Positions 19,575 through 29,970 of a stretch of 64,000 nucleotides of DNA are shown here, piece after piece. Source of the DNA: an uncultured Tissierellia bacterium (lineage in GTDB: Bacteria > Bacillota > Clostridia > Tissierellales > Tissierellaceae); assembly GCA_946402705.1 (NCBI GenBank), contig CAMIXG010000005.1, forward strand, positions 31,506-95,505. The letters are read 5' to 3'. Under the pieces are notes generated by a model. The model had not been told where the DNA came from. It searched no databases and saw only the letters and a program-made list of their open reading frames with translations. The position numbers and the translations under genes were made by a program. Each line of letters opens with the position of its first letter. The first letter of the stretch is position 1.

Positions 19575-20570
19575 ATGATATTGAAGTTAGAAGGACTAAA
19601 CTGCAGCAATTGTGCAGAAAAAATAAAAGATTTATCCAGTAAAATAGATGGAGTAAAATCCAATAGTTTTAATTTTGTTACTAATAAACTAAATATAGAA
19701 TTAGAAAATAGTACTTATTATGACTCTGTAAAAGATGAAGTTGTATCAATAGTAAACAAGCTTGAACCAGATGTTGAGGTAAAAGAAGTTGATAGTGCTA
19801 AAATGACTGTTAAGAGGGGAAAAACAGCGGTGGTTGCCAGCAAAAATGAAGAGTTTGTAAATAGTAGTAAAGAAATCAACCTTGAACTTAATGGTTTAAA
19901 TTGCACAAATTGTGCAGAAAAAATAAAATCCATGTCAGCTAAACTAGAAGGTGTAGAGTCTAGTGATTTGAATTTTATAACAAAGAAACTTAAGTTAGTT
20001 TTGAAAGATGAAACTAGATATGATGGAGTAAAATCAGAGATTATAGCAATAGTAAATAAACTTGAACCAGATGTGGAAGTTATTGCTTTAGATGATGCTA
20101 AGACATCTTTAAATAAAATAGACTTAGAATTAAATGGACTTACTTGTACTGATTGTGCAGGTAAGATAGAAAAAATGACAAGTGAGTTTAAGGGTGTAAC
20201 TGATGCAAAGTTTAATTTTGTTACTAAAAAATTCACAGTAGGTCTTGAGAATCCTAATTTAAGTGATGAGGTTTATGAAAATATAGTACAGTTAGTAAAC
20301 AAACTTGAACCAGATGTTGAAATAATAGATTTAAGAGATAATAAAGCCACAAATATTTTAAAATTAGAATTGGAAAACTTAAATTGTAGTGATTGTGCAG
20401 GTAAGATAGAGAACTTTGTCAAGGCTCTAAAGGGTGTAGAAGGTGCAAAAATCAATTTGATGAACAAGGTTTTAGAAGTTGAGTATAGAAGAGGTACAAG
20501 CCTTGGAGAACTAAAAGATGGCATAAAAGACATTATTTTGACATTGGAACCTGATATAAAGATAAATGAT
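19575..20570 (+). repeat. Four tandem HMA-domain coding repeats (units of about 240-300 bp)
   Basis: The block GL(N/T)C(S/T)(N/D)CA(E/G)KI ... NF(V/I)T(N/K)KL ... VNKLEPDVE recurs, with CxxC codons near 19600, 19900, 20140 and 20385. Confidence 0.85.
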
Positions 20571-22469
20571 ATTCGAAAATCTAAAAACAGAGAAAAAACT
20601 GCCAAAAAGAGCATGTGGCAGAGTGTTGATAAAAATCAACTTACAAAAATATTAGTTTCCACTATACTATTATTTTTACCTAGGTTTATAAGTTTTTCTC
20701 AGCCTGTAAGCTTTGGTATATATTTAGTAGCTTATTTACTAATCGGATTTAAGATAATAAAACAAGCCTTTATAAATACAAGGGCAGGAATACCATTTGA
20801 TGAAAACTTCTTGATGACAATAGCTACTGTTGGAGCTTTTGCAATAGGAGAGTATCCAGAAGCCATAATGGTAATGCTTTTATACCAAATAGGTGAAACA
20901 ATGCAAGGTATAGCAGTAAATCATTCTAGAGATTCAATAACATCACTTATGGATATTAGACCAGACTATGCAAATTTGCTAGTAAATGATGAGGAAATGG
21001 AAGTTGATCCAAATGAAGTAGCAATAGGAGATATAATCCTTGTAAAACCAGGTGAAAGAGTTCCATTAGATGGTGTTGTAATAGAAGGTAAATCTTCTTT
21101 GGATACATCCAGTATAACTGGTGAGTCTGTACCAAGAGGAATATCAGTTGGAGATGAGATTGTATCAGGTGTAGTAAATATACAAGGACTATTAAAGGTA
21201 AAGGTTAATAGGGTTTTTGGGGAATCAACAATATCAAAAATACTCGACTTAGTTGAAAATGCTTCAAGTAAAAAAGCTGAAACTGAAAACTTTATAACAA
21301 AATTTTCAAGATATTATACACCAGTAGTTGTAATAGTTGCAGCACTTTTAGCCATAGTTCCACCAATAATTGGTATGGGAAGCTTTGCAAACTGGTTTTA
21401 TAGGGCAACAGTATTTTTAGTAATATCTTGTCCATGTGCTTTAGTTATATCCGTACCATTGGGCTTCTTTGGAGGTCTAGGTGGAGCATCTAAAGAGGGG
21501 ATTTTGATAAAGGGTAGTAACTATCTAGAAGGTTTAGCTGATTTAAATACAATAGTATTTGACAAGACGGGTACTCTTACGGAAGGAGTATTTGAAGTAA
21601 CAGAGATAAAATCATACACAGAACTATCTCAAGAGGAAGTATTAAAAATAGCTGCTTATGGTGAAAGATATTCTAACCATCCAATCGGTAAGTCAGTAAT
21701 ACAAAAATTTGATAGAGAGATAGATGAAGGTAAGATATCTGATTATGAAGAGATAGCAGGACAAGGTATAAGAGTAAAAATAGAAGATAAGATATATTTA
21801 CTTGGTAATAAAAAATTATTAGATAATAATAAGATAAAGGTAAATGATATTGATACAATTGGTACAATTATATATATTGGAAAAGATAACAAGCATATAG
21901 GAACAATAATTGTATCTGATAGAATAAAAGAAAGTGCTAGTGAAGATTTGAAAAAACTTAAAGAGGTTGGAATAGAACAACTAGTAATGTTATCAGGAGA
22001 TAATCAAAAGACAGTTGATAAGGTTTCAAATATACTAGGACTTGATAAGGCCTATGGAGGATTATTACCACAAGATAAGGTGGAAATATTTGAAAAAATA
22101 ATAACAGGAGCAACAGGTAAAAACAAGGTAGCCTTTGTTGGAGATGGAGTAAATGATGCACCAGTATTAGCCAGAGCTGATGTTGGTATAGCTATGGGTG
22201 GTCTTGGATCAGATGCAGCAATAGAAGCTTCAGATGTAGTTATTATGACAGATGATATTGGAAAATTATCAAAGGGTATAAAAATAGGAAGAAAGACAAG
22301 AAGAATAGTAATGGAAAATATAGTCTTAGCTTTAGGAATCAAACTTATAGTTTTATCACTAGGAGCTTTTGGACAAGCAAATATGATACAGGCAGTGTTT
22401 GCTGATGTAGGAGTATCTATAATAGCCATACTAAATTCTATAAGAGCCTTAAATACTAAAAATTTATAA
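19575..22469 (+). CDS. Heavy-metal-translocating P1B-type ATPase, Zn/Cd/Pb subtype, with four N-terminal HMA domains
   Basis: Four GLxCxxCAxKIE metal-binding domains, TM6 SCPCAL, phosphorylation site DKTGTLT, and hinge GDGVNDAP. TM7 GIKL and TM8 FADVGVS match the Lys/Asp pattern of ZntA/CadA-type pumps. Confidence 0.9.
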   Translation: MILKLEGLNCSNCAEKIKDLSSKIDGVKSNSFNFVTNKLNIELENSTYYDSVKDEVVSIVNKLEPDVEVKEVDSAKMTVKRGKTAVVASKNEEFVNSSKEINLELNGLNCTNCAEKIKSMSAKLEGVESSDLNFITKKLKLVLKDETRYDGVKSEIIAIVNKLEPDVEVIALDDAKTSLNKIDLELNGLTCTDCAGKIEKMTSEFKGVTDAKFNFVTKKFTVGLENPNLSDEVYENIVQLVNKLEPDVEIIDLRDNKATNILKLELENLNCSDCAGKIENFVKALKGVEGAKINLMNKVLEVEYRRGTSLGELKDGIKDIILTLEPDIKINDIRKSKNREKTAKKSMWQSVDKNQLTKILVSTILLFLPRFISFSQPVSFGIYLVAYLLIGFKIIKQAFINTRAGIPFDENFLMTIATVGAFAIGEYPEAIMVMLLYQIGETMQGIAVNHSRDSITSLMDIRPDYANLLVNDEEMEVDPNEVAIGDIILVKPGERVPLDGVVIEGKSSLDTSSITGESVPRGISVGDEIVSGVVNIQGLLKVKVNRVFGESTISKILDLVENASSKKAETENFITKFSRYYTPVVVIVAALLAIVPPIIGMGSFANWFYRATVFLVISCPCALVISVPLGFFGGLGGASKEGILIKGSNYLEGLADLNTIVFDKTGTLTEGVFEVTEIKSYTELSQEEVLKIAAYGERYSNHPIGKSVIQKFDREIDEGKISDYEEIAGQGIRVKIEDKIYLLGNKKLLDNNKIKVNDIDTIGTIIYIGKDNKHIGTIIVSDRIKESASEDLKKLKEVGIEQLVMLSGDNQKTVDKVSNILGLDKAYGGLLPQDKVEIFEKIITGATGKNKVAFVGDGVNDAPVLARADVGIAMGGLGSDAAIEASDVVIMTDDIGKLSKGIKIGRKTRRIVMENIVLALGIKLIVLSLGAFGQANMIQAVFADVGVSIIAILNSIRALNTKNL

Positions 22470-22479
22470 GAAAATACTT

Positions 22480-22511
22480 AAAGAGGATAAATCAAAAGAT
22501 TTGTCCTCTTT
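22480..22511 (+). terminator. Stem-loop after the ATPase gene (probable terminator, weak T-tail)
   Basis: The 14-bp stem aaagaggataaatc / gatttgtcctcttt has one G-U pair. Only the ttt inside the stem precedes aaaatg. Confidence 0.55.
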
Positions 22512-22688
22512 AAAATGTAAATAGATATGGAAAAAAATTTGTAATGCCACTAAATCTGGGTTATCCAATAGAGAAACTCTAGCTATATGATAAAGCAAAT
22601 AATATAAAAAATAAAAATTCAAATTTTATAAACTTATATTAGAGAAAGTTAGCCAGTATATGTTATTATATATGTGGAGTGATAATAG

Positions 22689-23606
22689 ATGGATTCAAAG
22701 ACAAGAATGAACAATTATATAATCATGGCTGAAAATTTTAGTGCTGATGGGGACAATATGGAAGCTGCTAAATGCTATGAGAAATCACTTCATTATACTA
22801 AGAATGTGGAAGATCTAAAGGCTACTTATTATAAGATAGCAGTTTTATTAGATGAGATAGGTTTGTATAGTGATGCGATAGAAAACTATGATAGTATAAT
22901 AAAATTAGATGAAACAGAGTATGTTGCCTACTATGGAAAGGCTATAGCATATGAAGATTTATACAATTATAAAGAAGCGGAAAAAAATTATAAATTAGCA
23001 ATAAGTTATAATGAAAATTATAATAAGGCATATTATTATCTAGCTACATTATATGATAAGATGGATGAAATAGATTTAGCTATAGAAAACTATATAAAAG
23101 CGGTTGAATCAGATGATCAGGATTATACTGCCTATAATGACTTAGCAAGTGCCTATGAGGAAGTTGGTCAATATGACAAGGCTTATGAAATGGTGGAAAA
23201 ATCAGTTGAGATAAACCCAGATAACTATAAGGGCCAGTACAATATGGGAGTTATACTAGGAAGATTAGAAAAATTTGATGAAGCCATAGTTTGCTACGAA
23301 AAGGCTATAGAACTTAAGCCTAGCTTTGGCTATAGTTTTTTAAATATTTCTGCCATATATTTAGACAGAAATCAATATAAGGAAACTATAGAGCTACTTA
23401 CAAGGGGAATAGCTTATAATAAAGAAGATACAAATCTTTACTATAACAGAGCCTGCGCCTATGCCCTTTTAAATAGAGATAAAGAGGCTATAATAGATAT
23501 GAACAAATCCATTGAACTATATCCAGTTCAAAGAGAATATGCAATGAAAGATGATGACTTAAAAAGATTCTTTAAGGAGTGTAAAAATGATAGTAGTAAA
23601 AACTAA
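22689..23606 (+). CDS. Tetratricopeptide-repeat protein
   Basis: About 8 successive 34-aa units with an A..Y......Y..A...Y..A periodicity (for example AYNDLASAYEEVGQYDKAYEMVEKSVEINPDN). Confidence 0.8.
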   Translation: MDSKTRMNNYIIMAENFSADGDNMEAAKCYEKSLHYTKNVEDLKATYYKIAVLLDEIGLYSDAIENYDSIIKLDETEYVAYYGKAIAYEDLYNYKEAEKNYKLAISYNENYNKAYYYLATLYDKMDEIDLAIENYIKAVESDDQDYTAYNDLASAYEEVGQYDKAYEMVEKSVEINPDNYKGQYNMGVILGRLEKFDEAIVCYEKAIELKPSFGYSFLNISAIYLDRNQYKETIELLTRGIAYNKEDTNLYYNRACAYALLNRDKEAIIDMNKSIELYPVQREYAMKDDDLKRFFKECKNDSSKN

Positions 23607-24345
23607 AGAAGAAATAGAAAAAATGCAGATATCAGCCGATATGCTTGTGAACATTCACAAGGGTATTAAGGAGATGATAAAACCGGGAATAACCACTATG
23701 GAAATAGAAGACTTTGTTAATTCTTACTTAAAAGAAAGAGGAGGAGTAGCAGAGCAGATAGGGTACCATGGCTATGAATATGCAATATGTGCATCAGTAA
23801 ATGATGAAATATGTCATGGATTTCCAAGAAATGAACCTTTAAAAAATGGTGATTTAGTAACTATAGATATGGTAGTAAGCTTAGACGGTTGGATGGCAGA
23901 TTCAGCTTGGAGCTACGCTGTAGGAGAAGTATCAGATGAAGTTAAAAAACTTATGGAAGTTACTAAAAAATCCCTATATTTAGGAATAGAACAAGCTCAA
24001 GTTGGAAATAGACTTGGAGATATAGGACATGCAATACAGTCCTATGTTGAGGGACAAGGATATTCAGTAGTTAGGGACTTTGTGGGACATGGTATAGGTA
24101 GAGATATGCATGAAGATCCACAAGTACTACACTATGGAACACCAGGAAGAGGGCTTAGACTAGAAGAAGGCATGACTCTTACAATAGAGCCTATGGTAAA
24201 TGTTGGAGACTATAAGTTAACTATAGATGAAGATGGATGGACAGCTAGAACTATAGATGGAAGTTTATCTTGTCAGTATGAACATACATTAGCAATAACA
24301 AAAGATGGTCCAGTCGTATTAACAGAACAAGGCGAGGGATATTAA
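23587..24345 (+). CDS. map: Type I methionine aminopeptidase
   Basis: Metal ligands lie in VNDEICHGFP, DMVVSLDGWMADSA, VGHGIG, LTIEP and YEHT. The start overlaps the TPR gene by 20 nt, with RBS aaggag. Confidence 0.93.
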   Translation: MIVVKTKEEIEKMQISADMLVNIHKGIKEMIKPGITTMEIEDFVNSYLKERGGVAEQIGYHGYEYAICASVNDEICHGFPRNEPLKNGDLVTIDMVVSLDGWMADSAWSYAVGEVSDEVKKLMEVTKKSLYLGIEQAQVGNRLGDIGHAIQSYVEGQGYSVVRDFVGHGIGRDMHEDPQVLHYGTPGRGLRLEEGMTLTIEPMVNVGDYKLTIDEDGWTARTIDGSLSCQYEHTLAITKDGPVVLTEQGEGY

Positions 24346-24472
24346 GAGATGACGCAAGTTGTCTCTTTTAATTTGCCTAGATAAATAAAATTATAACTAT
24401 TTATTTGATAGACTTTAAAGTAAAATTATGTTAATTTATCTTATAGATTAAAATAAAAATAGGGGGATGCTC

Positions 24473-25831
24473 ATGAGAGGAAGAGATTTGACAGAAGGAG
24501 AAATAATACCTTCATTGGTAAAGTTAGCCATCCCAATAATGGCCACTTCACTTATAAATATGCTATATAACCTAACTGATATGATGTGGCTTGGGCAGTA
24601 TAGTAAACTTGCAGTAGCTGCTGCTGGGACGGTTGCCTATTTTACATCCTTGGCAGTTGGGATAATACTCATAGTTCAAACTGGGACTAGTATAGGTGTA
24701 GCTCAAGCTTATGGTAGAAAGGACTATGAGTCAGTTGGGGAATATATTTCAAATGGATTAAAGCTAAATTTGATTTTTGCACTAATCTATTGTTTAGGAC
24801 TCTTTGTATTTAGAAATCAGTTAATAGGATTTTATAAAATAGAGAACCCAACAGTTACTAAGTATGCAGTAGATTATTTAGGAATAATAGCAATAGGACT
24901 TATATTTCAGTTTTTTAATCCAGTTTTTTCATCTATATTTAATGCTATGGGAAATAGTGTTACACCGTTTAGGGTAAACTCCATAGGACTTATAACAAAT
25001 ATAATCCTAGATCCAATCTTAATATTTGGTATAGGACCTTTTCCAGAAATGGGAATAAAGGGAGCTGCTATAGCCACTTCTTTGGCTCAAATAGTAGTAC
25101 TTGCATTATTTGTATATGAGTTTAAAAAATCAGATATAAGAATTGGAAAACTAAATTTTAAGGAAAAATTTGATAGAATAATAATAAAAAATACAGTAGC
25201 CATAGGACTTCCAAGATTTTTAGAGGCTACACTTAGAACCTTAATAGCCATGAGTATGCTTAAGATATTGGCTACTTGGGGAGAAAATGCCATAGCAGTA
25301 TTGTCTATAGGTGTTCAAGTAGAGTCCTTATCTTGGATGACGGCAACAGGGTTTTCAACTGCCCTATCATCATTTTCAGGTCAGAATTATGGTGTTGGAA
25401 ATATAGACAGAGTCAGGGAAGGTTATAAGGCAGGACTTAAACTTGTAACTGTCATAGGAGTTATAGCCACCATAATATTTGCAGTATTTGGGAGTGCTAT
25501 ATTTAGTATCTTTATACCAGGAGATCCAGAGGCCATAGCTATGGGGGCAAATTATTTGAAAATACTTGCCTACTCACAAATATTTATGTGCTTAGAAATA
25601 GCAACGATGGGTGCCTTTAATGGAGTTGGAAAATCAGTTACACCATCAGTTATATCAGTTGGATTTAATGTAACAAGGATACCTATATCCCTAGTATTAT
25701 CAAAAACAGCTATGGGACTTGACGGTATTTGGTGGAGTATGAGTGGAACAAGTATTTGCAAGGGGATACTAACAGTTCCTTTGTTTATGAGAACTTTAAA
25801 TAAGTTAGAGGTAAAAACAAAAAAAATCTAG
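24473..25831 (+). CDS. MATE-family efflux transporter, paralog 1
   Basis: 12-TM profile with an N-terminal LAIPIMATSLINMLYNLTDMMWLGQ motif. ATG 24473 is preferred on RBS spacing and on alignment with paralog 2. Confidence 0.88.
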   Translation: MRGRDLTEGEIIPSLVKLAIPIMATSLINMLYNLTDMMWLGQYSKLAVAAAGTVAYFTSLAVGIILIVQTGTSIGVAQAYGRKDYESVGEYISNGLKLNLIFALIYCLGLFVFRNQLIGFYKIENPTVTKYAVDYLGIIAIGLIFQFFNPVFSSIFNAMGNSVTPFRVNSIGLITNIILDPILIFGIGPFPEMGIKGAAIATSLAQIVVLALFVYEFKKSDIRIGKLNFKEKFDRIIIKNTVAIGLPRFLEATLRTLIAMSMLKILATWGENAIAVLSIGVQVESLSWMTATGFSTALSSFSGQNYGVGNIDRVREGYKAGLKLVTVIGVIATIIFAVFGSAIFSIFIPGDPEAIAMGANYLKILAYSQIFMCLEIATMGAFNGVGKSVTPSVISVGFNVTRIPISLVLSKTAMGLDGIWWSMSGTSICKGILTVPLFMRTLNKLEVKTKKI

Positions 25832-25863
25832 TGAAATTACCTTAAATATTAAAGGAGCTGCTT

Positions 25864-27228
25864 ATGAGAGGGAAGAATTTAACAGAAGGAGATATAATTC
25901 CATCTTTGATAAGATTAGCCATTCCAATAATGGCTACTTCGCTTATAAATATGTTGTATAATTTGACAGATATGATGTGGCTTGGTCAGTATAGTAAACT
26001 TGCAGTGGCAGCTGCTGGAACAGTTGCCTTTTTCTCATCACTTGCAGTTGGAATAATATCCATAGTCCAAACTGGAACTAGTGTTGGTGTAGCTCAGTCT
26101 TATGGAAGAAGAGACTACTCATCAGTGGGAGAATACATTTCAAATGGATTAAAGCTAAATCTGATTTTTGCAGTAAGCTATTGCTTAGGACTTTTTATAT
26201 TTAGAAATCAATTAATAGATTTTTATAAAATAGGAAATCCTCTAGTTGTAAAACAGGCTGTTGACTATTTGAAGATAATTTCTATAGGGCTTTTGTTTCA
26301 GTTTTTTAATCCGGTTTTTTCTTCCATATTTAATGCTATGGGAAATAGTATTAGCCCTTTTAGGGTCAATGCCCTTGGACTTGTTACAAATATAATCTTA
26401 GATCCAATTTTAATATTTGGATTAGGACCTTTTCCTGAACTTGGTATAAAAGGGGCTGCTATAGCCACTTCACTGGCTCAGATAGTAGTTTTTATATTAT
26501 TTATATATGAATTTAAAAAATCTGATATAGGAATTGGAAAATTAAACTTTAAAGAAAAATTTGATAGGATAATTATAAAAACAACTTTTATAATAGGCCT
26601 TCCAAGATTTTTAGAGGCCACACTTAGAACCTTAATAGCTATGGGAATGCATAAAATTTTAGCTATTTGGGGAGAAAATGCTCTAGCAGTTTCATCTATA
26701 GGAATTCAAATAGAATCCTTATCTTGGATGACTGCCCTTGGTTTTTCAACAGCCCTATCATCTTTTGCGGGGCAAAACTATGGTGTGGGAAATATTGAGA
26801 GAGTGAGAGAGGGTTATAAGGCAGGGCTTAAGATAGTTACTGTTATAGGACTCTTAGCTACTTTGATATTTGCTTTTTTAGGAGAGCCAATATTTAGTAT
26901 TTTCATACCAGGAGATACAGAGGCAATAGCCATGGGGGCAAACTATTTGAGGATACTTGCCTACATTCAAATTTTTATGTGTTATGAAATAGTGACAATG
27001 GGTGCCTTCAATGGGATTGGTAAATCAGCCATACCAGCAGTTATATCTGTTGGATTTAATTTGACTAGGATACCAATAGCTCTTATTTTATCAAATACAG
27101 CCATGGGATTAGATGGAATTTGGTGGAGTATGACTAGTACTGGAATTTGTAAGGGGATAACAACTGTACCCCTATTTTTAAAAACTTTAAATAAATTAGA
27201 AGAAAAACAGAAAAAAAGTATTCCCTAG
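25864..27228 (+). CDS. MATE-family efflux transporter, paralog 2
   Basis: It is collinear with paralog 1 and mostly identical over the full length when aligned by eye. Confidence 0.88.
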   Translation: MRGKNLTEGDIIPSLIRLAIPIMATSLINMLYNLTDMMWLGQYSKLAVAAAGTVAFFSSLAVGIISIVQTGTSVGVAQSYGRRDYSSVGEYISNGLKLNLIFAVSYCLGLFIFRNQLIDFYKIGNPLVVKQAVDYLKIISIGLLFQFFNPVFSSIFNAMGNSISPFRVNALGLVTNIILDPILIFGLGPFPELGIKGAAIATSLAQIVVFILFIYEFKKSDIGIGKLNFKEKFDRIIIKTTFIIGLPRFLEATLRTLIAMGMHKILAIWGENALAVSSIGIQIESLSWMTALGFSTALSSFAGQNYGVGNIERVREGYKAGLKIVTVIGLLATLIFAFLGEPIFSIFIPGDTEAIAMGANYLRILAYIQIFMCYEIVTMGAFNGIGKSAIPAVISVGFNLTRIPIALILSNTAMGLDGIWWSMTSTGICKGITTVPLFLKTLNKLEEKQKKSIP

Positions 27229-27260
27229 AGGAATACTTTTATAATGACAGGAGGAATTTA

Positions 27261-28610
27261 ATGGCTAAGAAAATAAGAGACTTAACACAGGGAGAAATAG
27301 TACCAACATTAGTAAAACTAGCACTACCAATAATGGGAACAGGGCTGTTAAATATGCTCTACAGTTTAGTAGACATAATGTGGCTGGGAAGACTTAGTCG
27401 TGAGTCTTTAGCGGCAGCTGGAACAGCAGGATATTTTGTATGGTTTGCATCTGGAATAATTTTAATCTCTCAAGTAGGAGTTGGGATAGGTGTATCTCAA
27501 TCAGTTGGAAGAGAAGATAGGGAGGGGCTTAGACTCTACATATCAAATGCCTTGAAGCTGAATTTAACTTTGGCAATAATTTATTCCACATTTTTATTTA
27601 CTTTTAGGCATAAATTAATATCATTTTTTAATATAGCAGATGAGGCGGTTGTAACTCAAGCAGTTATCTACCTTCAAATAATAGCATTTGGGCTTTTATT
27701 TCAGTTTTTCAATCCTGTTATATCAGCTATATTTAATGCAACAGGAAACAGTGTAACACCATTTTTGATAAATGGAGTGGGGCTTGTTACTAACTTAGTT
27801 CTTGACCCAATTTTAATATTTGGACTTGGACCTTTTCCTGCAATGGGAATAAAGGGGGCAGCAATAGCTACTTCATTTGCCCAATTTACAGTGCTTAGTT
27901 TATTTATAGTTATGATATTTAGAAATAAAGAGCTTTTTAGAGGGGTAAAAATATTTGAAAAACCAGATATGACTTATATAAAAAAGGTTGCTAAACTTGG
28001 AGTACCAGGATTTTTACAAAATTCTATGCACTCAGGGATAAGCATGATTATAATAAAGATTTTAGCGACTTGGGGCTCAGCAGCTATAGCAGTTCAAACT
28101 TCAGGAGCTCAAGTGGAATCCATATCTTGGATGACAGCAGAAGGATTTTCATCAGCCCTTGCTGCCTTTGTAGGACAAAACTATGGTGCTAGAAATTATG
28201 ACAGGGTTAGAGAAGGCTTTAAGAAAGGTCTTGTAGTAGTTTCTACAATAGGATTATTTTCAATGCTACTATTTATATTTTTCGGAGAGGCTATATTTGG
28301 AATGTTTATTCCAGGGGATACAGAAGCCATAACTCTAGGAGGGCAATACCTAAAAATATTTGGAGTATCACAGATATTCTTGTGTATGGAAATTGCATCT
28401 ATGGGTGCATTTAATGGTATAGGAAGGCCAATAATACCAGCTACTACTGGTACAATCTTAAATATAGCTAGGATACCAATGGCTCTTATTTTATCAAAAA
28501 CATCATTAGGAGTTTATGGTATCTGGGTAGCAGTTAGTGGATCAGTTATATTAAAAGGACTTATAGGAGCACCACTTTGCATGTATTCTTTAAACCAATT
28601 AAAAGATTAA
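27261..28610 (+). CDS. MATE-family efflux transporter, paralog 3 (more diverged)
   Basis: Same architecture and shared blocks (FQFFNPV, GIKGAAIATS, QNYGA), but clearly more divergent than paralogs 1 and 2. Confidence 0.88.
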   Translation: MAKKIRDLTQGEIVPTLVKLALPIMGTGLLNMLYSLVDIMWLGRLSRESLAAAGTAGYFVWFASGIILISQVGVGIGVSQSVGREDREGLRLYISNALKLNLTLAIIYSTFLFTFRHKLISFFNIADEAVVTQAVIYLQIIAFGLLFQFFNPVISAIFNATGNSVTPFLINGVGLVTNLVLDPILIFGLGPFPAMGIKGAAIATSFAQFTVLSLFIVMIFRNKELFRGVKIFEKPDMTYIKKVAKLGVPGFLQNSMHSGISMIIIKILATWGSAAIAVQTSGAQVESISWMTAEGFSSALAAFVGQNYGARNYDRVREGFKKGLVVVSTIGLFSMLLFIFFGEAIFGMFIPGDTEAITLGGQYLKIFGVSQIFLCMEIASMGAFNGIGRPIIPATTGTILNIARIPMALILSKTSLGVYGIWVAVSGSVILKGLIGAPLCMYSLNQLKD

Positions 28611-28648
28611 GAATTAATGGTATAATATAAGTAGCTTGGGGGTGAATT

Positions 28649-29335
28649 ATGTTAAGTAATAAAGTTATAATATATAGATTGTTTCTAGCATCTATTCTGG
28701 GCGGTCTAATAGGAGCAGAGAGAGAAATGAGCAGAAGGCCTGCAGGGCTTAGAACTCATATTTTAGTAACTCTAGGTTCTTGCTTAATCATGGTAGTTTC
28801 AGTTGGAAATACATCTGGAGATGAGTATAGAATGGCAGCTCAGGTAGTAAGTGGTATAGGTTTTTTAGGTGCTGGTACAATTATGCAGAAAAAAAATGAG
28901 GTTGGCGGACTTACAACAGCAGCTAGTGTATGGATAGCAGGAGGTATAGGCCTTGCAGTAGGAGATGGATATTATCTACCATCAATTGTAACTACCTTAA
29001 TAGTTTTATTCACTCTAGTTAGTTTAGCCCTATATGAAAAATCTTATTGGGGCAAGGGCTATAGATTAGTTGAGATAAGATATGACAATGAGTATGGTAT
29101 GTTTGAATCTCTAGCTAAGGTACTTAGAGAGTCAGGTGTTAGGGTAAAAGGTATGTACTTTTTTGGAAACTTTGATATACAAGATGGAGAAAGAGTAGTA
29201 AAATATAAGGTGAAAAATTTAAATCGTACTAATGAAACAGAAGTGAGAGAATCAATAATGCATATAAAGGGTGTCAAAGATGTAGCCTTTGTTGAATGTA
29301 CTATGGATAAGGTTAGACAGGAAGAATTTTATTAA
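28649..29335 (+). CDS. MgtC/SapB family membrane protein
   Basis: The signature RLFLASILGGLIGAEREMSRRPAGLRTHILV, 4-5 TM helices, and a soluble C-terminal domain. Confidence 0.88.
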   Translation: MLSNKVIIYRLFLASILGGLIGAEREMSRRPAGLRTHILVTLGSCLIMVVSVGNTSGDEYRMAAQVVSGIGFLGAGTIMQKKNEVGGLTTAASVWIAGGIGLAVGDGYYLPSIVTTLIVLFTLVSLALYEKSYWGKGYRLVEIRYDNEYGMFESLAKVLRESGVRVKGMYFFGNFDIQDGERVVKYKVKNLNRTNETEVRESIMHIKGVKDVAFVECTMDKVRQEEFY

Positions 29336-29348
29336 AGGAGTGTTATAG

Positions 29349-29960
29349 ATGAATCAATTACAAAAACCAGTAGCAGGAGAAGAGATAGCAATAATTAAAA
29401 CAAATATGGGTGATATGAAGGTTAGACTATTTGAAGAAATAGCTCCTAAGGCAGTGGAAAATTTTAAAACACATAGTAAAAATGGTTATTATGATGGAAT
29501 TATATTTCATAGAATTATAAAAGACTTTATGATACAAGGTGGAGACCCACAAGGTAGTGGAATGGGAGGAGAAAGTATTTGGGGAAAGGCATTTGAAGAT
29601 GAGTTCCATCCAGAATATAGAAACTTCAAGGGCTCTTTATCTATGGCAAATTCTGGACCAAATACAAATGGTAGCCAGTTTTTCATAGTTCAAGCAGGTC
29701 AATTTCCAGATAACTTTTTAGAAAGAATAGAAGGTCAAAATCAAATGGAAGGTGTAGATGCTCATTTTACAGATGAAGTTAAGGCTGCCTATAAAGAGAA
29801 TGGTGGAACACCTTGGTTGGATTATAAACATACAGTGTTTGGACAAGTATATGAAGGCTTAGATATAGTTGAAGAAATAGCAAATGTAAAAGTTGGAATG
29901 ATGGATAGACCAGCTTATGATGTAGTTATAGAAACAGTTGAAATAGCTACAGTAGATTAG
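29349..29960 (+). CDS. Peptidyl-prolyl cis-trans isomerase, cyclophilin type
   Basis: [31 protein letters not shown] and HTVFGQV motifs. Confidence 0.92.
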   Translation: MNQLQKPVAGEEIAIIKTNMGDMKVRLFEEIAPKAVENFKTHSKNGYYDGIIFHRIIKDFMIQGGDPQGSGMGGESIWGKAFEDEFHPEYRNFKGSLSMANSGPNTNGSQFFIVQAGQFPDNFLERIEGQNQMEGVDAHFTDEVKAAYKENGGTPWLDYKHTVFGQVYEGLDIVEEIANVKVGMMDRPAYDVVIETVEIATVD

Positions 29961-29970
29961 GAGGACTTAG

